A stretch of DNA of 64,000 bases from Octopus sinensis (taxonomy: Eukaryota): NCBI RefSeq assembly GCF_006345805.1, contig NC_043006.1:26908001-26972000 (forward strand), written 5' to 3'. Numbering within the stretch: the first letter of the stretch is position 1; every line of letters begins with the position of its first letter. The notes below the pieces were generated by a model that searched no databases, was not told the origin of the DNA, and saw only the letters and a list, made by a program, of their open reading frames with translations. The position numbers and the translations under genes are program-made. Shown one piece after another: positions 51,440 through 64,000 of the stretch.

Positions 51440-51989
51440 AGTTAGCCAACGTCTATGAGAAAAATAGCACCATGATGCAATTCACTCTGCCAGAAATTTG
51501 GAAATGACAGGCTGTACTGCTTGGCATTCACACTGGAAGTTCCAATACAGACATTTCATAGTGCTTGGATATCAATCTAAGGACAATTCAATCTGAGAAC
51601 ATGTACCGAGAGAGACAATTTCTGTGACCACATCACCCCTAACATCTGGCTACCTAATTCCTCACACTCAACCCCCTTGATTATTATGCGTGTGGCACAG
51701 TTGAACAAGAGACTAATAAAACTCCTTGTAACACAAAGATGAACTGAAGGTAAGGATTATGGCAGCATTCACCAACTTAAACAAGGAAACCATCCAGAAG
51801 AGTTGCAGGAGATTCTGAAGCCGCCTGGAGACTGTGGTTGAAGCCAATGGTCATTTTATTGAATAAACTTACTTCTTAATATATCAAGATATTTTTATAT
51901 AATTTTGGTGTAAATATAAGTTAAAATGAGAGGCCAATGCTATTTTCATTTTTGCATAATTTAGATGACAATATATTCACCGCACCCTG
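51440..51989 (+). mobile_element. Second maT-type remnant (3' part)
   Basis: PNIWLPNSSHSTP/LDYY..VE.E.N region and the same terminal cgcaccctg|TA as the copy ending at 1060. Confidence 0.65.
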
Positions 51990-52367
51990 TATGTGTGTAT
52001 ACACACACAAGTCTGTTGAGTAATCTTGCTAGAACTTTTGCTGCAGTGGAAAGCAGGGTGATCCCTGGTAGTTTGAGCAGTCTGACTTTACACCTTTCTT
52101 TTTGTATGGTGTAATGATGACAGCATCGAGGAGAACTCATGGCAGCTTGTACTCTTCCCAGCATGCAACAAAGAGCTCATGGAGTTTAGCATGTAGGACA
52201 GGACCCCAACACTTCCATATCTCTTGAAGAAAGAGAAGCATTACAGCCGACATGTCGCATTAATGGTTTGATGGATCTTTTTCTCAAGCACAGCATAATG
52301 CTAAAGGTCTTGATCATTGCCTCCGTGAGGTCCAACACTCAAAACTAACTTGGCCATTTTGCCTCTG

Positions 52368-53166
52368 GGAGGCCCAATGCTCGAAAGGAACCCGTCCGGG
52401 AGGCCCAATGCTCGAAAGGAACCCGTCCGGGAGGCCCAATGCTCGAAAGGAACCCGTCCGGAGGCCCAATGCTCGAAAGGAACCCGTCCGGGAGGCCCAA
52501 TGCTCGAAAGGAACCCGTCCGGGAGGCCCAATGCTCGAAAGGAACCCGTCCGGGAGGCCCAATGCTCGAAAGGAACCCGTCCGGGAGGCCCAATGCTCGA
52601 AAGGAACCCGTCCGGGAGGCCCAATGCTCGAAAGGAACCCGTCCGGGAGGCCCAATGCTCGAAAGGAACCCGTCCGGGAGGCCCAATGCTCGAAAGGAAC
52701 CCGTCCGGGAGGCCCAATGCTCGAAAGGAACCCGTCCGGGAGGCCCAATGCTCGAAAGGAACTCGTCCGGGAGGCCCAATGCTCGAAAGGAACTCGTCCG
52801 GGAGGCCCAATGCTCGAAAGGAACTCGTCCGGGAGGCCCAATGCTCGAAAGGAGCTCGTCCGGGAGGCCCAATGCTCGAAGGAACCCGTCCGGAGGCCCA
52901 ATGCTCGAAAGGAGCTCGTCCGGGAGGCCCAATGCTCGAAAGGAGCTCGTCCGGGAGGCCCAATGCTCGAAAGGAGCTCGTCCGGGAGGCCCAATGCTCG
53001 AAAGGAGCTCGTCCGGGAGGCCCAATGCTCGAAAGGAGCTCGTCCGGGAGGCCCAATGCTCGAAAGGAACTCGTCCGGGAGGCCCAATGCTCAAAAGGAA
53101 CTCGTCCAGGAGGCCCAATGCTCAAAAGGAACTCGTCCGGGAGGCCCAATGCTCAAAAGGAACTCA
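52368..53166. repeat. GC-rich 31-bp minisatellite, about 26 copies
   Basis: Unit ggaggcccaatgctcgaaaggaacccgtccg. It explains the six repetitive ORFs in the track. Confidence 0.97.
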
Positions 53167-53237
53167 GCCACTTTACCTCCCTTTCTTTTAAGCATTAAAT
53201 TACCAAAATAATATTTACCAAAATAATATTTACTTAC

Positions 53238-53413
53238 TCTGTAAGAGATTTTACTATATTTTGGCCAATTTCTATTGAGTTTGATCTTGAGTTAACAGCT
53301 GATGTAGATAAATATGATACAATACTTTCAGAAATATCATTTACTGCTGAAGTAACAATGGTAAGATGTTCACCAATATCTGAAACCTTTTGCTTAATCA
53401 GCATCAGAATAGG
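53238..53413 (-). CDS. SGO: Shugoshin exon 3 (PILMLIKQKVSDIGEHL...VKSLT)
   Basis: Acceptor tttcttacag, donor gtaagt, 176 nt open frame, phase 0 to 2. Confidence 0.85.
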
Positions 53414-53883
53414 CTGTAAGAAACATGAAAAATATAATTTGTTAATTTAATATATACATTTTAAATACTACAATACACAATTATGAATTATAGTTTTAAA
53501 ATAAAGACAGAATGATCAGAAGCACAGCAGAAGGAAACTTCTGCATAGCTTAAAGGGAAAAGGAAAACTTCCATTTCTCTTTGAAAAGTAGAAAGGGCTG
53601 TAGTGGTTAAGTGTATATCAATGAACATAGATGCAAATGGAATGTGTATGTAAACAAATATGTAAATCGATCCATAATTGAAAAGAATTTAATTAAAGGG
53701 TTTGATTCATTATAGGTACACTACATACAAAATGTAGGCAACTGCTACGAATTGCTAGAAATACAGAGTACATGTGTGGGTGTCATATCAGGAATGAATA
53801 TGTTTGTGTGTGTGCGTTGTTCATTTGAAACAGTAGTCGTTCGTAGCACTTCGAAACATTTCTCTCAGTCTCTGCCAAAACCA

Positions 53884-54337
53884 ATAAATATTATTGTGGG
53901 TATCAGAAAATTACGGCAGAAATGAACCGTTACGCTAAATGTAAACAAAGCGAAAGAAAGGATAGTTTGTTGTTTCCCACAACCTTAAATGAAATTAAGG
54001 CCTATTTTGCCATAAATATTATTATGGGTATCAGAAAGTTACCCATAAATATTATTGTGGGTATCAGAAAATTACGGCGGAAATGAACCGTTACGCTAAA
54101 TGTAAACAAAGCGAAAGAAAGGATAGGTTGTTGTTTCCCACAACCTTAAATGAAATTAAGGCCTATTTTGCCATAAATATTATTATGGGTATCAGAAAGT
54201 TACCAGAATAACAAATTCTATAGTAAAATTTTGTTGTATACCCAATTGAATATTAGCTAATAACCCATTTTCTATAGCGATGTTTGAAACACATAAGGAG
54301 TGTATTTTGGTCAGAAATATAGTAATGAAAGGGTTAA
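53884..54337 (+). mobile_element. piggyBac transposase fragment tandemly duplicated (161-bp period), ending at gggttaa
   Basis: ITAEMNRYA...FPTTLNEIKAYFAINIIMGIRKLP resembles the piggyBac N-terminal block. Confidence 0.65.
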
Positions 54338-55974
54338 ACAAGGTGCAGTTTAGGTTTGTACTAGGATTGGGAGTTACTGATGCAATTTTTTTAGTGAAAT
54401 AGCTACAGAAGTTCTTACCTAAAAGCAATCTGATAAGCCTTTAGCATTTAAACCGGCCAGAAGTATTCTGCCTGTTTTATGTTCAAACTGGCCAGATCTG
54501 GTCTCTCACACTAACCCTACAATATCATTTTAAAAATTAACAGCTACCTCATCATAATCTCATAGCTACAAGATAATGCATGATAAGTTCAAAGCAATGT
54601 GGATAAAAAAGGATTAATTTTGGCAGAATAATGCAAACAATAAAGGGTTAAACATCATCTATTGACCCACAAAAAGCTTTTGACATGCTCTGTAGTTTGA
54701 TAAATGCTAAGAAAACTGGGGGTAGATGAATGGCTTGCAAGAGCCATGCAAGCCTTGTACAGAGGGTGCAGTCAGCAAAGTAAAAGTTAGCAAGAAGTTC
54801 AGTGAGAAACTTAGCATTTAGTTAGATGCTACCCAAGATTTGGTTCCTAGGTCACTTACCTTATTAGTTTTTCTAGGCCATAACAGGGGAATTCAAGACA
54901 GGTGTGTGATTACTTACTGCCCCTCTATACAGATTTGTATGGCCTTCACAAGCCATTTATCTCCAGTTCCCTTACCAACCACCAAATACGAAGCAAGGGT
55001 TTCTGTCAAAAGCCTTCTTAGATCGACACTTATCGAAGCTATGCAGTTATCTCACTAGGAATATAGCATCAATGGTACCTTTTCCTGGGACAAAATCAAA
55101 CTGCATCTTATCCAAACTAGTCCTGCCAGTAATCAGTTTCACAATTTTTGTCTCTAACTGGTCCAGCAGTGGATGAATTAAATGACAAACTAATATTCGG
55201 TAGATTGAAATAATGGTGATGATATTTAGTTTAGCTTATAATAAATATAAGTCTCCTGAATGATTTTGCTTGTTAAACAAGGGGACTCAAAAGCTGCTGT
55301 GTCGATGCAGTTAAAAACAGGCTATTCATTGAAAAAAAAAGTAAAAGGTGGGGTAGCTCTCTGAAAGAGAAAAATCTTCAGCGAACAGCCAAGCCAACTG
55401 AAACAACTTTTTGATGTGGATACAGCAAAACTCCATTATGCAGTTTGGAATGCTTCACAATTTTACAACTTATTTAATTTGATATAAAATTTTATTTTAT
55501 ACAATATTTTTTCAAGTTTACCTTGTTTTCAACTTTTTTTTATTTAAATACACACTTTCAATTAATCTACAAAATGAGTGACAAATTAAAATTATGTTAA
55601 TGAATTTCTTCTGTTCATGAATCGTTATTGTGTATGTTTGTGTATTTTCAAGTATGTCTGGATTTATTTCATTTTTGTATATTTTGTATTTATTTTTGTA
55701 TATTTTTTATATATGAACTGCAGTATTTTGTGCTATTTTGCCTTTATGGTATGCCTGCTTTGGATACAATACTGAAATTCCAATAATATGCCTAATTCTT
55801 CTATATTTCAATTTAGTTATATACTTGTCTAATAACATTTTTCACATAGTGATTGTAAAATGAAATTTTAAAAATTTTATCAACATTTTACTGAATTTCC
55901 CTATAATTAGCTTTGAGAAAAAATTATGTAACTGATTTAAAAGTATAATTAAGTTGTTCCAAAACCACCAAATA

Positions 55975-56728
55975 CAGTACCACACAAAAGCCTTTGGCCA
56001 CTTTAAACTATTGTTTAAATAAGTGAGAATTTGTCAGAAGGCCTCCAGAAAAGCGCAACAACTCACATTACATGACAAAAACAGTGAAGTTTGGGACAAA
56101 TTAAAATTATGTTAATTAATTTCTTCTATTCATGAATTGTTATAGTGTATGTGTATTTTCAAGTATGTCTAGATTTATTTCATTTTTGATGCTTTGAGGG
56201 TACATGAAAAGTGATGGTTCAAGAAAGTTGGTTAAAATTGACGGTAACTTGAACAGTGCCAAATACATCCAGTTATTGAAGGGCAGTTTGTTACCAGACT
56301 TGGATGAAGGGGAGATTTTTCAGCATGACAGAGCTTCATGCCACAGATTCTGTGCAACACAACAGAGTCTAGCTGATGAAGGTATTACCATATTGAAAGA
56401 TTGGCCAGCTGAGAGCCCTGACTTAAATATCATTGAGCAAATGTGGACAGAACTAAAGAGAAGAGTTCATCAGAAGAATCCACACAATCTTAAAGAGTTG
56501 TGGGAGCTCAGCTACAGAGAATGGCATTTCATACCTGTGAAGATGGAGAAGGATTTGTATGCATCTCTTCCCAAGCACATTGAAGCAATTATTCAAGCTA
56601 AGGGAAGCCACACAAAATATTAACAATGTACAGTAACTTCGTGAAATGAACATTATGTAATAAATTTTCTGTTTTAAAACACTATATCTTGATTGGTTTA
56701 TGTGAAGTGGCCAAAAACTTTTGCATAG
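55975..56728 (+). mobile_element. Internally deleted Tc1-like transposon with catalytic C-terminus
   Basis: TA|cagt start and caaaag..tttggccactt TIRs. FQHD..H...WPAESPDLNIIE with 35 residues between D and E. Confidence 0.85.
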
Positions 56729-57078
56729 CCATTTTTGGTGGTCATCTCACATATTCCCCTCTCATTCAGAACCCCTACTACAAAATATAATGATTAGGTA
56801 TGGGAATAACTCCAACAGGGCCAATGTTTCATCTGTAAAAAACACAATGTGAAACATTCACTTTAGTTGGCGTTAGTAGAAATTTACAATAGTTTAAAGT
56901 GGCCGAAGACGTCTGCATGCTACTGCATCGATAAATAAAAAATTATACTCGTTTTATGAAATCAGTTGAAGTCTTGATTATTTTAGAATTTAATTGAAAC
57001 GTATCTAGGGTGTTCTTAAAAATTTAGTAATTAAAGGTGCAATGAAACAAAGATAAATTATTTTGGATGCTTGCTTAC

Positions 57079-57287
57079 CTTCAACCGAGCACCAACTTGC
57101 TCTTCAAGACAATGTGAAGCCATATACTTATTGTTGGCAGCTTCAAGCATCATATTTCTATTATCCAATCTAAGAGAAGTGATGATGTTAGTGGCCAATG
57201 CTAAATCTTGTCTTGCAACCTGTAATGCGTGAGCTAGAGCTTTGTTGTTAGATCTCAATGTTTGTTTCATTTTTGTTGAAGCATTTA
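57079..57287 (-). CDS. SGO: Shugoshin exon 2, N-terminal coiled coil (NASTKMKQTLRSNNKALAHALQVARQDLALATNIITSLRLD...GARLK)
   Basis: Acceptor ttttattttcag, donor gtaagc, 209 nt, phase 1 to 0. The NNK-x-L-x-x-AL pattern matches the shugoshin N-terminal PP2A-binding coiled coil. Confidence 0.92.
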
Positions 57288-58172
57288 CTGAAAATAAAAT
57301 AAATTTAGAAAATACTTCAATTATAAATATTTTTAAAGTTTTGAAACACTTTAAATTTATTTTAGTATAAAAAATATTAATAAACAATTCCACATATGTT
57401 TGTACCACCAACATTAGTAAAACAAAGAGTTCTCTTATACAAAAATGAGTAATCTTGTTTTAATTTGAATTTGTATAACTTTGGAAAGTGTAAATGAAAA
57501 AAATAATTTTTTAATGAAAAGAAATTACTCAAGGAAATCTATTGTCAATGATATCTTTCAATATAGTCAAGTGTAGAAGCCAGACATTAAAAGATGATAG
57601 ATTGTATCATTGAAAGTAAAAGTTTGTTGCCAGCAGTTTCATATTACTTAGATCTCATTAGCAATGCAGAAGAAAATATGTTATCATCATCATAACCATT
57701 TAACGTCAACTCTTCCATGATTGCATGGGTTGGACAAAATTTATTGAAGCAGATTTTCTACAGTCAGATGCCCTTTCTGTTACTTGTTACTAGGCAGGTT
57801 AATATTCTGCATGACCAGACAAGTTTTCATGGAAGATTGGAAATGAAATATACTGCTTCTATGGTGATGTAATTCATTTACAACTATCATATGAAGTCAA
57901 CACAAGAAGGCAGTAACACACACACATACATACATATATATATATAAATAAAGATCAATCAAATATAGTATCACTTCAGAACCAATGGACCTTGAAGTGA
58001 CATACAGAATTGAACTCTGATTATGTATATCAGAAAGAATATTTACAAGTTGAAACAATTTGGACTTTTACGGTTTATATAATTATTTATATAATATTAT
58101 GTTTGGAATTCAAACACATTACAGCATTTTAACTTATTTAAATGTATATATCTGCAAACAGAGGGCTATATC

Positions 58173-58403
58173 TATTTCTTTATTACCCACAAGGGGCTAA
58201 ACATAGAGAGGACAAACAAGGACAGACATAGGTATAAGTCGATTACATCGACCCCAGTGCGTAACCAGTACTTAATTTATCGACCCCGAAAGGATGAAAG
58301 GTAAAGTCGACCTCGGTGGAATTTGAACTCACAACGTAACGGCAGACGAAATACTGCAAAGCATTTCGCCCGACGTGCTAACATTTCTGCTACCTCGCCG
58401 CCT
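58173..58403 (-). mobile_element. tRNA-derived SINE with a 15-bp TSD (partial relative at 14820-14990)
   Basis: acagagggctatatc at 58158-58172 and 58404-58418. B-box gagttcaaattcc on the minus strand. Confidence 0.85.
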
Positions 58404-58608
58404 ACAGAGGGCTATATCATGAAGTATAAAGCATACATAATGCATGAGCACATAGATACAAACTAAAATAATTTTGAATTTCTTGTGTTACCAATAGTAA
58501 AAAATAGTTAATGTATAATACACACACATGCACATGTAAACATACATACACACACACACATGCCAAAAACACTACTTTTTACATTCAAATCTTGACCTTC
58601 ATACTTAC

Positions 58609-58729
58609 AGCTGCAGTTAAAACTGCTGTTAGAACGATTTAAATTTTTATGCTGTCGTATATGGACTTTTTTCTTCACAACTTTTAGTTTCACTTTACTG
58701 AGTCCTTTTAATTTTGAGGATTCTTCCAT
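58609..58729 (-). CDS. SGO: Shugoshin coding exon 1 (MEESSKLKG...FNCS), ends in phase 1
   Basis: ATG directly follows an acceptor-like tttgtttag, so an upstream exon may exist. Donor is gtaagt. The 121-nt length gives phase 1, matching the next exon. Confidence 0.8.
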
Positions 58730-58974
58730 CTAAACAAAGAAAAATCAAACATTAATTGAAATTTTAGAAATAATTACATGACTCCATCAATTTAAATAAT
58801 ATACTTAGTGCTAATACTTTCATGCATACATTTCCTTATTTGTGAGAGAATATTTTCAGTATTACAGAAATGCTTTCTGATATTAAAGACTAATAATAGT
58901 ATAAAACAGTTAACAAAAGTCGTAAAAGAGAAAAGTGGAACACCATCTGTCTATCCATCACATCCATGAGAGGG

Positions 58975-58977
58975 TGA

Positions 58978-59056
<79 letters not shown>

Positions 59057-59102
59057 TGTGTGTGTGTGTGGTGTGGTGTGTGTGTGTGTGTGGTGTGTGT
59101 GT

Positions 59103-59187
<85 letters not shown>

Positions 59188-59218
59188 GTGTGTGTACGTG
59201 CGTGTGTGTGTGTGTGTG
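58975..59218. repeat. (GA)n(GT)n microsatellite
   Basis: Visible directly. Confidence 0.95.
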
Positions 59219-59989
59219 ATAGAGTGTTGTCACCATAGTAACTAAAAAGTTTTGATTTAAATTGCAGAAATTTTAAGTGAAAGTGTCAACACATTATTTA
59301 CAATTGACGGATAAGGTATTTTTCGATGTTGTTGTTGTTGTTATTATTATTATTATCATGCAGGTCACTGCCTGGGGTTAGTAGCCTGCATTCTTAACCA
59401 CGGTATATGGCGTAGTGGTTAAGAGCACAGGCTACTAACCCCAAGATTCCAAGTTCAATTCCAAGCAGTGACCTGAATAATAATAACAACAACGCCGAAA
59501 AATACTTTACGATTGAGGGTAAATTTTCAGAGTAACACCTGCACGATTTTCACTAAAAAAAAAAAAAAAAAAAAAAACCTCAGATTTTTTGCGTGGAATC
59601 AAGTACCCTGACCTCGTAATATGCTGCAAATCCCATATTTTGGTTTGGAGGGGGGGGGGGCCTTACTTAGGGTCCATGTAGTGTCATGGGCAAAAAAAAA
59701 ATGTTTAACTTCTTGCCTAGCAATATTATATCTTCTCCACTATTTCAGTATTATGTGTTAAAAGTGAAACAAAAACATCTCTCTATTGTATGTATATGGA
59801 TGTGTATATACATGTATATATATAGATGTATATGTATACATGTATGTGTATAGCTGTATATGTATACATGTATATATATAGATGTATTTCTATAGATATA
59901 CATATGTATATATGTATGTTTATAGCTGTATATGTATACATGTATATATATAGATGTATTTCTATAGATATACATATGTATATATGTAT

Positions 59990-60079
<90 letters not shown>

Positions 60080-60624
60080 TATATACATGCATACATATAT
60101 ACACCCATACACACATACACCCACACATACATAGGTGCAGGTGTGGCTGTGTGGTAACAAACTTGGTTCCAAAACACATGGTCCTCAGTTCAGTCCCACT
60201 GTGTGGTAACTTGGCATGTGTCTTCTGCTATAGCCTCAGACCAACCAAAGCCTTGTCAGTGGATTTTGTAGACAGAAACTGAAAGAAATCAACTGTATGT
60301 ATATGTATGTATATATATAAGTCTATGTGTGTGTCTTTGTGTTTCTCCCTCATCACTGCTTCACAACTGGTGTTCGTTTATTTACATCCCCATAACTTAC
60401 TGGTTTCACAAGAAGAAACTGATAGGCTTATCAAAATATAAAAAAGCACTACGCAATGTCTCATATTTTTGTTTGCCCACTCAGTTGTATCTATCAATGT
60501 GTGTGCGTGTGTGCGCGTGCGCGTGTGCGTGTGCGTGTGTATATATATATATGGATTTCGTAGACAGTAGCTGAAACAAATCAATCGTATATATATATAT
60601 GTATGTGTATATGTAAGTGTATGT

Positions 60625-63353
60625 TTTGGTATTGGCAACATGAATGACAGTGGTCAGAGACTACTTGAATTTTGTACATACCATAACCTGTGCATCACCA
60701 ACACATTCTTTACCAACAAGACATCCCACAAGGCTTCTTGGAGACATCCAAGATCTCACCACTGGCATCAGCTGGATCTCATCATTACATGAAGATCCTT
60801 TCTGAATTCTGTTCAACTGACCCGTAGTTACCACAGCGTGGATTGTGACACAGATCATTCACTAATAAGAAGCAGGGTGAAGGTTCTGTCTAAAAAAGTC
60901 CATCATTCCAAGAAAATGGGCCGACAACGCATTAACACTGCCAGAACCTCGGACCCTACACTGCAACAATGTTTTGCTGTTTCTACCAAAGTTGCCCTCA
61001 GTACCTGCCCAACCTCCTCTGCTGAAAGTAGGTGGAATTATATCAGGGAAGCTTTGTATACTACATCAATAGATACTTTCGGTATGAGAGAAAGGCAAAA
61101 CTTAGATTGGTTCAGTGCTGGGCTCTCAGAGCTGGAAACAGTTATTGAAGCAAAGTGTGCAGCTCTGATGCAATACAAGAGTGATTCTTCTACAAAGTCA
61201 CTCGAAGAACTCAGAAAGGCAAGAAATAAAACCCAACTGACTGCCAGACGCTGTGCAAATAGGTATTGGCAGAAAATCTGTCAGAGTATCCAGTCAGCTT
61301 CTGATAGTGGCAACACCCATGGGATGTATGCCGGTTTGAAGAAGGCCCTCGGTCCATCCACAACCAAGTCAGCCACTCTGAAATCAACTACTGGAGATCT
61401 CATCAAGGACTAAAGCAAGCAAATGGATAGATGGGTGGAGTACTACCAGGATCTCTACTCATGGGAGATCACGGTAGCTGAGGCTGCAATCGAGGGTGTC
61501 AAGATCTTGCCAGTCACGTGTGAACTTGACAGTCTGCCATCTATAGCAGAGCTCACCAAGGCTATTGATTCCCTAGCAAGTAACAAGGCTCCGGGAAAAG
61601 ACGGCATCCCCTTAGAGATCATCAAAACCGGCAAAAACACCATCCTGCTTCGGCACCTTCATGAGCTTCTGTGTCAGTGCTGGGAAGAGGGTACAGTCCT
61701 TCAGGATATGCGGGATGCCAACATCATTACGCTTTACAAAAACAAAGGTGACCATGGTGATCGTAACAATTACTGTGGAATATCTCTTCTAAGAACTGTT
61801 GGAAAGGCCTTTGCTCGCGTTATCCTGTCCAGGCTACAACTGCTTGCTTCTCAAATTTATCCAGAATCGTAGTGTTGCTTTAGAAGAAGCAGATCAACTT
61901 TTGACATGACATTCTCCATACGCCAACTTCAGGAGAAGTCCAGAGAGCAGAAAATGCCATTATATATGGCCTTCATTGATCGGACAAAGGCCTTTGACTT
62001 GGTAAGTAGAAAAGTCCTCTTCATCCTGCTCCAAAAAATCGGATGTCCACCAAAGCAGCTGAGGATCATCAAATCTTTCCATGATGATATTCAAGGCACC
62101 ATATAACACAATGGTTCAACATCAGCCGCCTTCCAAATAAAAAACAGGTTAAAGCAAGATTGTGTCCTTGCTCCTACATTATTTGGCATCTTCTCGCTGC
62201 TGCTGTCACATGCCTTTGAGACATCAGATGATGGAGTGTTTCTGCACAGTAGAAGTGACGGGAAACTGTTCAATCTCTCGCATCTGCGTGGCAAGACCAA
62301 AATTAGAAGCGTCCTGATCAAGGAGATGCTATTTGCTGATGATGATGCTCTGGTATCACATACAGAAGAAGCCCTACAAAGGCTCATCAACTGTTTTGAG
62401 CAAGCTTGTAGCGACTTTGGCTTAGTTATCAGCCTCAAGAAGACCAACATCATGGGTCAGGCTACATCAGACATCCCAAACATACATATTGGAGATCACA
62501 GACTATAGGAGGTGGAGAAGTTTACCTATCTTGGCTCTACCGTCACCTACAACCTATCCCTTGATGCTGAGCTCAATATACGCATTGGCAAGGCAGCTGC
62601 TGTGATGGTCCAACTCTCCAAACAGGCATGGGACAACAATAAGCTGACCAAGACCACAAAAATGAAGATTTACCAGGCATGTGTATTTAGCACTCTACTG
62701 TATGAAAGTGAGACTTGGACGCCATACACACACCAAGAGCGTCGCCTAAATATCTTTCACCTGCGCTGCCTCCGGAAAATCCATCGCATCAAATGGCAGA
62801 ATCATGCCCCAACAAAGATGTCTTCAAGCAAGCTGGAATACCAAGCATGTTTGCACTCCTCACACAAAGACGTATGAGATGGCTTGGACATGATAGCCGT
62901 ATAGCAAATGGCAGAATCCCCAAGGACATACTTTACAGAGAGCTTGCTAAGGGCACTAGGTCTGTGGGAAAACCGTCCTTACGATACAAGGATGTTTGCA
63001 AAAGGGGCATGAATGCCTGCAACATCAATATTATCAACTGGGAAGCAGTTGCCAGCAACCATGGACATTGGCGATGTACCATAAATGAGGGAACACAAAG
63101 GAGTGATATATATATATATATAGAGAGAGAGAGAGGAGAAATGGAAAGACAAGACGTCAACAAGAAACTATGACATTACAACCAGCCAGGCAAAGTCTTC
63201 GCTACATTTACGGCACCTGCCAGAGGGAGTGTTTGTCCAGGATAGGACTACACAGCCACAGTAGATGTATTAAGACATGAAATGTAAAAGCCTGACTAGA
63301 TTATTTTATGCGCAACTCCATTGTCTCCCGAGACAAAAAGGATGCCAACAACA
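60625..63353 (+). mobile_element. RTE/BovB-like LINE, 5'-truncated within the endonuclease, with multiple stops and frameshifts
   Basis: HQLDLII..DCDTDHSL, KAPGKDGIP, YCGISLL..VGK, RQLQEK, KAFD, MLFADD, FTYLGS, GRIPKDILY. Ends in a (caa) tail. Confidence 0.9.
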
Positions 63354-63394
63354 ATATATATGGATTTCATAGACAGGAACTGAAACAAATCAAT

Positions 63395-63432
<38 letters not shown>

Positions 63433-63647
63433 AGTGTATGTGTGTGTGTTTCGCCCTCATCACTGCTTCACAACTGCTGTTCATTTATTTACATCCACAT
63501 AACTTACTGGTTTCACAAGAACAAACTAACAGAATAAGTACCAGGCTTCTCAACATAAAAAAAGCACTAGGCTGTGTCTCATATTTTTGTTTGCCCACTC
63601 AGATGTATCTGTCAATTTATCCTTGTATGTGTGTGTGTATATATATA

Positions 63648-63687
<40 letters not shown>

Positions 63688-64000
63688 CACCCTAATGGGA
63701 GCCTTAACTCCCAAATTTTAGTCATTTCTTTTCTGATCCAAAACTAGGTCAAAAGTACTGAATGGATCTTTATGAAATTTGGAAATTATATTCTATGCAT
63801 AAGGGCCATAACCCCCATGACAATTCATATGATTTTGCTGTTGATGAAATCTTAACCATAGATATTAGACGCAAATGAAGTAATATTTGTCAAATTTCAT
63901 CTTCTTACAAAATAGAAAGACTTCCATGGGGACTTAACACCCACAATTTTGTCATTTTATCTAAGCAAAAACGAATACAGTTGTGCTCTTGGAAGCTGTA

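Noticed and set aside
52368-53166. CRISPR-like regular repeat
   Set aside because: Units are contiguous with no unique spacers, there are no cas genes, and the context is eukaryotic.
52301-53211. Six long repetitive ORFs (250-282 aa)
   Set aside because: They arise from a stop-free 31-bp tandem unit that is not a multiple of 3 and is open on both strands. No splice context.
59408-59475. Possible functional tRNA gene
   Set aside because: Acceptor stem and T-arm are degenerate, and it has a simple-repeat tail typical of a SINE.

Overview
This is AT-rich, microsatellite-laden eukaryotic DNA. The repeat families look like an octopus/coleoid cephalopod genome (inference from memory, not a database hit). 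One host gene spans most of the window on the minus strand: a shugoshin (SGO) gene. I assembled it by hand from GT-AG exons between 58,729 and 12,857 with consistent splice phases. It has an N-terminal coiled coil (NNKALAHALQ), a long low-complexity middle, and a C-terminal SGO motif (KRPRRNAIKSISYREPALNLKLRQGD) split over two small exons. The most interesting structure is inside this gene. A 699-nt symmetric exon (exon 5) occurs twice, about 15.85 kb apart, at about 99% identity with both splice sites intact in each copy. Between the copies lies a decayed duplicate of exon 4 plus its intron (roughly 75-80% identity, splice sites lost). This points to an old exon 4-5 tandem duplication in which the frame-breaking exon was silenced and the frame-neutral exon was kept and apparently homogenised. 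A sense-oriented LTR with promoter motifs and a poly(A) signal sits about 550 bp upstream of the second copy. The predicted protein is 1,052 aa with one exon-5 copy or 1,285 aa with both. The rest of the window is transposon-derived: a head-to-head CsRn1-clade Ty3/Gypsy composite, several RTE-clade LINEs (one with a PHD-like finger inside the RT), Penelope, Chapaev3, maT/mariner/Tc1, piggyBac-type MITEs, a Helitron, tRNA-derived SINEs and satellites. No rRNA, true tRNA or CRISPR was seen. All alignments were done by eye, so identities are estimates unless a count is given.
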